DNA of 64,000 nt from Kiritimatiellia bacterium (lineage in GTDB: Bacteria; Verrucomicrobiota; Kiritimatiellia; RFP12; UBA1067), in assembly GCA_017403825.1 (NCBI GenBank), contig JAFRDO010000077.1, positions 64,921 to 128,920 of the forward strand, given 5' to 3'. Positions within the stretch are counted from its first letter, which is position 1, and each line of letters starts with the position of its first letter. Below are positions 47,615 to 55,191 of the stretch, in pieces. The position numbers were made by a program, and so were the translations under genes. The notes under the pieces are model-generated. The model saw nothing but the letters and a program-made list of their open reading frames with translations. It did no database searches and was not told the origin of the DNA.

Positions 47615-49616
47615 CGAACCCGACTACGGCAACGCCGCACTCCTTTGCTGTCTCAAGAATACGCTCCAGCCATTCCGTCTTCATGTTGATGCTTTTGGCG
47701 TCGGGACGAATCCCGTGAGATGTGAGCACAAACACCTCCTTGCGCTCGGCACAGCGACGTATGCAGGCGAGCAAGTCCTCGATATCGGTATGGTACGCCT
47801 CGCCCGCGATGACCGTGTCGAGACGGAAGCGCGAACTCAGCTCCGACGCTGGAAAGAACACCCGGTCGACCGTATGAATGGGCTTCAGGCCTTCCTGCTT
47901 CTCGCCTTTCGGGTCGAACGGCGCCACGCCCTTGTGTCCGCCGCGAACATGCGCGAATCCCCTGGACTTGAAAAGCGCGTCCGATTCTTCCGAGAACCGG
48001 CAGTTCGGGTAGGCGTACGACGTAATCGGTATCCAGGCGACGCGCATGCGATCGAACTGCGGCGCAATCTCCTCGTCGAAAAACCTCGCTGCGCCCTTTG
48101 CGGCGATTGCCTCGTTCGCATTGGCATGGCGAAGCCCATGAAGCCCGATGGAATGTCCGTGCGCCCTGAGGTTCTTCAACGCCTTCACGGTCGTACTGTC
48201 AATCTCCCCGCACACGAAAAACGTGACGTGCGCACCGTACTTGTCGAAGATCGGCAGGGCCTTAGTCCAGTCATCCAGGTTGCGGTCGTCGAAAGAAAGC
48301 AACAGCGTTCCCGTCGGCTTGTCGGACGGACGGCAGTTCTCGAAGCGCACTCCCTCGGACGGTCCCTTGAAGGTGGCGAACTTGCGGCTGCGCGGATTCC
48401 CCCACTTGCGGTTGTTGCGCACCCTGAAGCCATCGAGATGCCGCCGCGTGCAGTTCCTGAACGTCACGTTCTCGGCATGGCACTTCTCGGCGCCGTCGAT
48501 GCGGCATGGCGCAATCGACTCCATGCGGCAGTTCTCGAACACGATGTCGCGCGCCCGCGCGTCCGCATTCGGGCAGTCGAATCTCACCGGGTAGGCGCTT
48601 TCCAGAATGTCGCAACCGGTCACGTGCACGTTCTCGATGTAGACGTTCTTCCCCTCGGCCACCCACGCCGGAGTGAAGCCTATGCCGTTGGCGCTCTCGT
48701 GGAATCGGCAGTTCTCCACCGTGACGTTCCGGATCGTGCCGGTGCCGACGCCGAAGCGGATTCCCCAGCAGCAGGTCCACACGTCGCAGTCGGCGATACG
48801 GATGTTCTCGCACGGATGCTCCGCAGCGTGGAGCTTGCATGAGGCGCGAATGGCGAACCCGTCGTCGCCGGTCCTGATCGTGCATCCGCTCACGGTCACG
48901 TTGCGCGTGCAGTCGATGGATAGGCCGTCGGAGTTGGCGATAGTGCGGTCGGCGTCGACGGTAACGTTCCGTATGTCAAGCCCGTCGCAGCAGCGGAAAT
49001 GTGTGGTCCAGCACGGCGTATGCCTGAGCGTCACGCCCTCGATGCGGATGTTCTTCGAGAGGAACATGGCGACCATCGGACCGGGACGGAACCAGTCGCG
49101 GTCGACCGGGTGCAGCTTAAGGCCGTACTTGTAGTACGGGAAGTGGCTGTCTTCGTCGCACTCCTCGTTGAAGAACTTGGGGCCGCTGCCGTCGATCACG
49201 CCCTCGCCGGTGATGGCGACGTTCTCCGCCTTGTAGGCAAGGACAAGGTGTCCGCCGCTCCATTCCTCGCCGTTGCTCCAGAAGTTCTCCGGGAAACAGT
49301 CATTGGCGTTGTAATCGCCCCGTTCAGTCGAACCTTTCAGCGTGGCACCCTTCTCAAGATGCAGTTCAACGCCGCTCTTGAGCCACACGGTGCCGGAGAG
49401 GTAGGTGCCGGCAGGCAGCACTACACGCCCGCCACCCGCCGCCAACGCGGCATCGACCGCACGCTGGATCGCCGCCGTATCCTTGGTCGCGCCGTCGCCC
49501 TTCGCGCCGAAATCGCGCACATTCCACGTCCCGGCGTCCGCAATCGCACATCCAGCCGCAAGCACGGCGGCTGCGGTCATTCCTAAACGGTTCGCAATCA
49601 CTCCTGGATTTCCCAT
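47604..49616 (-). CDS. Bifunctional-looking secreted enzyme. An N-terminal GH28-like pectin-lyase-fold glycosidase is fused to a C-terminal polysaccharide deacetylase (CE4/NodB-like) domain.
   Basis: The GH28 motifs 'WNVRDFGAKGDG', 'NSDGLSID', 'GDDGFAI' and 'RIAD' are present. The C-terminal 'LLLSFDDRNLDDW...TFFVCG...HGHSIGLHGLRH' is NodB-like. Confidence 0.7.
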   Translation of the reverse strand: MGNPGVIANRLGMTAAAVLAAGCAIADAGTWNVRDFGAKGDGATKDTAAIQRAVDAALAAGGGRVVLPAGTYLSGTVWLKSGVELHLEKGATLKGSTERGDYNANDCFPENFWSNGEEWSGGHLVLAYKAENVAITGEGVIDGSGPKFFNEECDEDSHFPYYKYGLKLHPVDRDWFRPGPMVAMFLSKNIRIEGVTLRHTPCWTTHFRCCDGLDIRNVTVDADRTIANSDGLSIDCTRNVTVSGCTIRTGDDGFAIRASCKLHAAEHPCENIRIADCDVWTCCWGIRFGVGTGTIRNVTVENCRFHESANGIGFTPAWVAEGKNVYIENVHVTGCDILESAYPVRFDCPNADARARDIVFENCRMESIAPCRIDGAEKCHAENVTFRNCTRRHLDGFRVRNNRKWGNPRSRKFATFKGPSEGVRFENCRPSDKPTGTLLLSFDDRNLDDWTKALPIFDKYGAHVTFFVCGEIDSTTVKALKNLRAHGHSIGLHGLRHANANEAIAAKGAARFFDEEIAPQFDRMRVAWIPITSYAYPNCRFSEESDALFKSRGFAHVRGGHKGVAPFDPKGEKQEGLKPIHTVDRVFFPASELSSRFRLDTVIAGEAYHTDIEDLLACIRRCAERKEVFVLTSHGIRPDAKSINMKTEWLERILETAKECGVAVVGFDEI

Positions 49617-49632
49617 GACATGTTGCGCAAGC

Positions 49633-50955
49633 CTACAGCCTGCGGAACGTGGCGCAGCGGATGGCCTTGCCGTTCGACAGGCGAACCGTCGTCACGTCGC
49701 CGTCCGTTGACACGTCGCCATCCGCAAGGGTCTCGCCCCAGCGGATGTCGATGAGCGCGTCGCGCACCATGAAGTCGAAGTACGGCATGTCCTCCGGCGG
49801 CTTCTTGTCCGGCGTGACGACGACAGGCTCGCGTCCCTCCTTGCGGCGAGCGGGAATGCACGCCTCGACGCACTTGCCGACGGGACCGTACAGCACGAGG
49901 TCTTCGTCGTGGCGGTCGTCGTACCACGCGGCCTTCGCCTCGGCGAGGCAATCTGCCGCCTCCCGGTGCTTGTCGATGTCTTTCTGGCGGTACGAGCGCA
50001 TCCACGACGCCATAAGGAAGCCCTTTATCAGTTTGCGCTTCAGGTGCTTCTTGGAGAAGCGCACCATCGTCGCCATGTTCCATTTACGCGCCCATGTGCT
50101 GCCGCACGGAATCATTTCATACCCGCCGTCGCTAAGCTCCTTGAACGCCAGCGCGCCCGCCACGCCCTCCGGCCAGTCGCGGCGGCGGATCTCGTCGTTG
50201 TCGCGGACGAAATGCCAGAAGCGCTCGTAGTGCCACGGGCACTGCATCACTCTCTTCGGCATCCTGCGGTAGAATTCCTCGCAGTCAAGCCATATCTTGT
50301 CGCTCCAGATCCACGGCCTCGACCCGTTTTTCTCGGCCTCGCCTGCCGTGAAGAGCATGTCGTGCCACCACAGCTCGCCCTGACGCGACACCGCGTAACG
50401 CGACTTCCTCTGCGCCCCCATGCGCTCCTCGTCCCACCCGAGGTGAAACAAGCGCGGCGTGCCGAAGATTTCGCACACGTCACGTATCACGTCAGCGCAC
50501 ACCTTGTAGTATTCAGGCGTTGCCACCATGCGGCTGTAGTCCTTGAGCCAGGCGTCGTGGCAGGCGGAGAAGTTGAGTTTCGGAATCGGCTCAAGCCCCA
50601 TCCCCTTGAGGCGCACAATCTCCTCCTTCATCCGCTCCGGAGACCAGCTGCCATCCACTGCAAGCTCCGGATGGCTCGGATAGGCAAGGCCCTCGCCAAG
50701 GTCGATGAGAATCAGGTTCGCGCCCTTCTTGGCGTAGCATTCCGTAATCTCGTTCCACACCTTCACGTCCGTACGGTTGAACGGCTGCGCATAATCGTCA
50801 CGCTTCTCCGGCTTCGGTTCTCCGATAAGCGGCGCCTCGCCCCACATGTTGTGGCCGAGCTGAACCATGAAACCCCAGATCATTCCGTCCGCCGCGAGCG
50901 GTTTTCCCGTTGCATCATTTGCTGTCATCTTCCTGTTTCTTTCATTGAAGGTCAT
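49633..50955 (-). CDS. Putative glycoside-hydrolase-like TIM-barrel protein with an H-x-G-x-D-E motif. It is a paralog of the gene at 59255..60316.
   Basis: The start was refined to MTFNERN at 50955, giving an ATGA overlap with the upstream gene. It shares 'LGHNMW', 'IDLGE..AYPSHPEL', 'NFSA.HD.WLK.Y' and 'HLG(W/Y)DEE' with the Tat-signal paralog. Confidence 0.45.
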   Translation of the reverse strand: MTFNERNRKMTANDATGKPLAADGMIWGFMVQLGHNMWGEAPLIGEPKPEKRDDYAQPFNRTDVKVWNEITECYAKKGANLILIDLGEGLAYPSHPELAVDGSWSPERMKEEIVRLKGMGLEPIPKLNFSACHDAWLKDYSRMVATPEYYKVCADVIRDVCEIFGTPRLFHLGWDEERMGAQRKSRYAVSRQGELWWHDMLFTAGEAEKNGSRPWIWSDKIWLDCEEFYRRMPKRVMQCPWHYERFWHFVRDNDEIRRRDWPEGVAGALAFKELSDGGYEMIPCGSTWARKWNMATMVRFSKKHLKRKLIKGFLMASWMRSYRQKDIDKHREAADCLAEAKAAWYDDRHDEDLVLYGPVGKCVEACIPARRKEGREPVVVTPDKKPPEDMPYFDFMVRDALIDIRWGETLADGDVSTDGDVTTVRLSNGKAIRCATFRRL

Positions 50956-51866
50956 CGTGGCATTGGGTTCTTGAACACGCAGTGGCGCGTGATGTCCGTC
51001 ACCTTGTCGCCCTTGATGTCGGCGAAGAGGACGAGCGCGTGGACGGAAAGCCCCGGCTTCTCGCGCGACTTCATCCAGTTCGGCGTGGAGCAATAGACGA
51101 AGCGCGTCGCGCCGTCCTTGCCGCCGGGAACGACGTCGACGCCCTGGAACCAGCCGAACGACCACTTGCCAAGGACATTGAAGTCCTTATCAAACTTGAA
51201 GAAGTTGTACCCGCCCTCGTCCGGCACGTCCGACGCAACGTAGATGAAGGTTCCGTCCGTCGTAATGTTCTGTTGACCCGTCGAATAAAGCGGCGAATGG
51301 TGGTCCACGACGAACGTGTCGCCTATGTCCTCAAGCGTCGTCGCGGCAAACTTGCGGTAACGCGCGCAATGGCGCGGCTTATCCTCCTCGCCAGGCAACG
51401 CAACCGTACTCAGCCCTATGTACAGCACCCCGTCAAGGCAGGTGATGCCGTCGCCGCCCGCGCCTTTAGGCCGTGTGAACACACGCTCTTTCACAAGATT
51501 CAGGTCTTCGTCGAACATCTGAATGCTGCCTTCAGGGCCGCTCAAGTGGCAGACGATCGTGTAGAGATGCCCGTTCCAGTAGCAGATGTCACCCTGATGC
51601 TTCACGAGGTTTTCGGCCCGCTTCATGAGCCGCCCGTACCAGTCGGTCTTTACGATCTGGTTGTGGAATGCGAAATAAAGCGCATTTGAAGTGGCGCACA
51701 TGCCCTGAACGTGCCCGCACCACGTATTGCCGGTCCATTCCCTCACGGCGCCTTTTTCGGTGATGCGCACCTCCCAGTTGCCCGGCACCTGCCAGTTGCC
51801 GACATCGGCGGCCACCGCACACGCCGCCAGCAAAAAGACGGCAACCGCAATATTCATGTTCTTCAC
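50952..51866 (-). CDS. Secreted beta-propeller-like hypothetical protein, tandem paralog 1.
   Basis: The signal peptide is MKNMNIAVAVFLLAACAVAA. It shares 'W.GH.QGMC..SNA.YF.FHNQIVKTDW.GRL', 'DGIT.LDGV.Y' and 'G.DVVPGGKDGA.RF' with the gene at 51863..52831. Confidence 0.45.
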   Translation of the reverse strand: MKNMNIAVAVFLLAACAVAADVGNWQVPGNWEVRITEKGAVREWTGNTWCGHVQGMCATSNALYFAFHNQIVKTDWYGRLMKRAENLVKHQGDICYWNGHLYTIVCHLSGPEGSIQMFDEDLNLVKERVFTRPKGAGGDGITCLDGVLYIGLSTVALPGEEDKPRHCARYRKFAATTLEDIGDTFVVDHHSPLYSTGQQNITTDGTFIYVASDVPDEGGYNFFKFDKDFNVLGKWSFGWFQGVDVVPGGKDGATRFVYCSTPNWMKSREKPGLSVHALVLFADIKGDKVTDITRHCVFKNPMPR

Positions 51867-52831
51867 CTTTCAATGAACTTCACGAATCCGGCGCCTGTGC
51901 CATGCTCCGTGAAATCGAAGACCTGCCCGTCCTTGACTTCGACAAACTGGACGATTCCATAGACGTTGATGCGCGGGTCTTTCTTGTCCGGCGTGGTCCA
52001 GTTGGGCGTGAACACCCAGGCGAAGCGCACCGCGCCGTCCTTGCCGCCGGGCACCACGTCAATGCCGTGGTTCCACCCGAACCTGTACTTGGCGACAACC
52101 TTGAAGGTGTCCTTGTCATGCACGACCACGTTGGGCGTGCGCTCCCGCTCGTCGTAGGTGTAGTGGCTGGAATAGATGTACTTGCCGTCCGTGCACATGT
52201 TCTGCGAACCGCAGACGGACTTCTCGCCGTCGTCGATGGCAAAAGGCTCGCCGATCTGCTCCAGCGTCTCGGCGTCGAACTTGCAGTACTTGTTGAGGCA
52301 TCCGCATTTCTTCTCGAAGTCGTACGTGCCGCTGCAGCCCAGGGCGAGGTATATCACGCCGTCAAGTGCGGTTATGCCGTCGCAGCCACCCTCGTTCGGG
52401 AGCCGCATCTCTTTGACCTTCTCCAGCGTCTCGGCGTCATACACGTATATGCATGGCGTCCAAGTCTCGCCCTTCTCCTTCGGCTTGCGCGCAACGCCCG
52501 TGTAGAGCTTGCCGTTCCAGATGCAGATGTCGCCGCCGTGCCGGTCAACCTCAGTCCACTTCAGGAGCCGCCCCTGCCAGTCGGTCTTCACGATCTGGTT
52601 ATGGAACGAGAAGTAGATTGCGTTCGAGCTTACGCACATGCCCTGGCAGTGTCCGCTCCATGTCTTGCCGATCCACTTCTGGACGGCTCCAGGCTCCGTT
52701 ATGATGATGTTCCAGTTGGGAACCTTCCAGTTCTCCTTTTCGAGGTCGATCGCGCCGCATTGCGCCGACGCCGCAACTGCCGCCGCGAGCATTCCCGCAC
52801 GCACCCTTCCGCCAACAATCGTCTTTTTCAT
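51863..52831 (-). CDS. Secreted beta-propeller-like hypothetical protein, tandem paralog 2.
   Basis: It overlaps paralog 1 by 4 nt (ATGA). A signal peptide is present. Confidence 0.45.
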   Translation of the reverse strand: MKKTIVGGRVRAGMLAAAVAASAQCGAIDLEKENWKVPNWNIIITEPGAVQKWIGKTWSGHCQGMCVSSNAIYFSFHNQIVKTDWQGRLLKWTEVDRHGGDICIWNGKLYTGVARKPKEKGETWTPCIYVYDAETLEKVKEMRLPNEGGCDGITALDGVIYLALGCSGTYDFEKKCGCLNKYCKFDAETLEQIGEPFAIDDGEKSVCGSQNMCTDGKYIYSSHYTYDERERTPNVVVHDKDTFKVVAKYRFGWNHGIDVVPGGKDGAVRFAWVFTPNWTTPDKKDPRINVYGIVQFVEVKDGQVFDFTEHGTGAGFVKFIER

Positions 52832-52866
52832 GTTTGACTGTTCCTTTTCGATGTCAATCCGTCATG

Positions 52867-55095
52867 CTACCGAATGAAAATCGTCATGCCGAGCGGTGCC
52901 CTGTACTCCACCGTGGTGGTTGCAGCATCGCCCACGACCCTCTCGTTGAAGACGGTATAGACCGGCTTGACGGAGTAGGTATAGGTGTTGCTGGCGCTTC
53001 TCGCCTTCGCTTCGCTCCATTCCAACGTCAGCGAATCCGATTTTTCGCCCGGCATGAGAACGCCATTCTCGTACCACTCGTAGCTCTGGGCGCCTGCGGC
53101 AAGGCACGTGAGCGTTCCCGTGCTGCGAGCTTCGATTTGCTTCAACGTCATGGGCTGCGGCTCAATCTGGAACGCCACCCCCTTGCTCTTAGCCCCGCTC
53201 ACTTTGCCGCCCTCGAGCGGATAGAACCGCTTTCCGCAGAGATCGTAAAGACCCGCAACGCCGTTTGTGGAATACGGCACGAAGTCGCGCACCAGCGCAC
53301 CGCCCGTCGTCACCTTGAATCTGTAGAGGCGCATGTGATTCTTGGAATTGCCGATTTTCATCGTCGCCGAACCTCCATCAACCCGCGTGAGCGAGCCTTG
53401 CCCCTCCGCCAGCGGCAGGTCGTATTCCACCTCGCCCCCGCGCCGGATCGTCATTTTATAGTTTGGTCCATCGAGCGTGAACTGCCTGCGGGCGTTTGAC
53501 ACACGGACACCCGTCGGCCAGCCGGAGTAGTTGTTGCAGTCCGCAAACCTGTAGTTGAAATGCTGGTCTGTATCGCCGGAGATGTATAGGTAGGCCACCA
53601 CGCCGCTGTTGACGGCGGGCTCCTGCCAAAGAACGTACTGCCCCTCCCCGTTGTTCACTTCCCTGAACGAGAGATCCGCCTCGACACACGAATTGCTCGC
53701 GACGGTGCAGCCCGTGTCGATGTATGTTCCATTGAACTCGAGATACGCCTCGTCCGATCCGTCCGTGCAGGCGATGTCGCCGCCAGCCTCGAACATGAGA
53801 CGTGGGTTGCTATGGCCGTAAGTGATCGCATAGCGCGGGGAATCTTCAGGATTCGCCACATCGACCAGCCCCGACACGCCGTTCGTGACGGTCGGCCTGT
53901 AGTCCTTGACGAGCACGTCCGACTCGTAGATCTTCAGTCCGTAGATCTTCATCGGCGCGAAGTAGTTGCCTTCCGTCGCCGTGCCAAGCTGCAGCTTGAC
54001 ATTGCTCAGATCGGTGTTTATGGCCTGGGCGGCGGATACCGTGTCCACGGAATTCGTGTATCCGGCCGTCACCATGACAAGCGTGTTGCTGGTTATCGAG
54101 ATGGTACGGCGGATGTTGTAGGAAATGTCCAGCGGTGCCTTGAAGTTGGAGTATGCGCTGGTACCCAGCTTGTAGCCGAGGTAGCCGGTTGACGTTCTTC
54201 CGACAATCTCCATTTCATTTCTGTTGGAACCCTGCGCATACATGAATTCCGGGGCGTGGTTGTAGCCGCTCATCGGTATATTCGGCGTAAGCGACGCAAA
54301 GTCAAGCTCAACGCGCGATGTCGGCTTCACGACATACCCAGTGTCGAAGTAGATGCACTTGCCGACGACGGAATTCGTCGTGATGTCGTTGTAGTCGCCG
54401 GTCGAGAGATAAGGGTCGTCCTTGACGATCGCAATGTCGCCACCATACTTGACCTTTGAGATGTCAACGCCCGTGACGAACGACTCTATGTTGGGACCGC
54501 TTACCCTGAAGCCGGGAACGCCGCCCTTGAGGCACGGCGTGTAGGTCTTCACGAGCGTCCCCGATTCGTACACCTTCGCGCCGTACACCTTCATCTTGGT
54601 GGGGCCGTAGAAATCGGACGGTATAACGGCCGAGTCTTCGCCGAGCCGGCTGAACATGGACAGCGAATACTTGGACTTCAGGCTGGAAATCGTTCCGCTT
54701 AAGGTGGTGGTGGAAGCGGCGCCTCCATCCGTAACGTTCGTGGCGACGCACGTACGGGTCGTAGAGTCAAATGAGACGACGTGGCGCTTGAGATCGGCGG
54801 CTCCCAGATTCGCATCGCCGGCAGAGCAAGTCCACACAAAGTCTTTCGAACCATTTACGATCAGCGAGAACATCGGAACGGAAGTGTTGTTCCCCCAGCT
54901 TCCGAACGGCCTAGTGTCGGCTGCAACCTCCGTCAGCTGGAAATCGACCTCTAGTTTCGTGTTCGGCCCAATGAAGTGCACGAGACAGATGCGGGCCTCG
55001 CCTTCCGATTCGAGGTAGCCGTCTTCCGCATAAGCGGCACTAAAGCACATCAGCGCAACGGCAGAAGCAAACAGCAAATTGAACATCTTTTTCAT
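52867..55095 (-). CDS. Family-A giant secreted repeat protein ending with the tail APLGMTIFIR.
   Basis: The start was refined to MKKMFNLLFASAVALMCFSAAYA with a GGAGG Shine-Dalgarno. It has repeats '(K/R)(V/I)Y.....LV.(D/T)Y.P....G(V/S).G'. Its N-terminus is similar to the partial gene at 1..1363. A TGGTAGAAT promoter-like element lies about 35 nt upstream. Confidence 0.6.
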   Translation of the reverse strand: MKKMFNLLFASAVALMCFSAAYAEDGYLESEGEARICLVHFIGPNTKLEVDFQLTEVAADTRPFGSWGNNTSVPMFSLIVNGSKDFVWTCSAGDANLGAADLKRHVVSFDSTTRTCVATNVTDGGAASTTTLSGTISSLKSKYSLSMFSRLGEDSAVIPSDFYGPTKMKVYGAKVYESGTLVKTYTPCLKGGVPGFRVSGPNIESFVTGVDISKVKYGGDIAIVKDDPYLSTGDYNDITTNSVVGKCIYFDTGYVVKPTSRVELDFASLTPNIPMSGYNHAPEFMYAQGSNRNEMEIVGRTSTGYLGYKLGTSAYSNFKAPLDISYNIRRTISITSNTLVMVTAGYTNSVDTVSAAQAINTDLSNVKLQLGTATEGNYFAPMKIYGLKIYESDVLVKDYRPTVTNGVSGLVDVANPEDSPRYAITYGHSNPRLMFEAGGDIACTDGSDEAYLEFNGTYIDTGCTVASNSCVEADLSFREVNNGEGQYVLWQEPAVNSGVVAYLYISGDTDQHFNYRFADCNNYSGWPTGVRVSNARRQFTLDGPNYKMTIRRGGEVEYDLPLAEGQGSLTRVDGGSATMKIGNSKNHMRLYRFKVTTGGALVRDFVPYSTNGVAGLYDLCGKRFYPLEGGKVSGAKSKGVAFQIEPQPMTLKQIEARSTGTLTCLAAGAQSYEWYENGVLMPGEKSDSLTLEWSEAKARSASNTYTYSVKPVYTVFNERVVGDAATTTVEYRAPLGMTIFIR

Positions 55096-55191
55096 CGCAA
55101 ACCTCCACCTTGTAAGTTGATTTTGTGCACATTCTACCAAAGCCATCCTCCGAATGCAAGCCCGAACCGCTACAGCCCGAAGCGCCGCGCG

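Noticed and set aside
49633-50955. Calling the 49633 and 59255 paralogs GH20 beta-hexosaminidases.
   Set aside because: The only similarity is an H-x-G-x-D-E motif. The rest does not resemble GH20 as I recall it. I kept them as an unassigned GH-like TIM-barrel.
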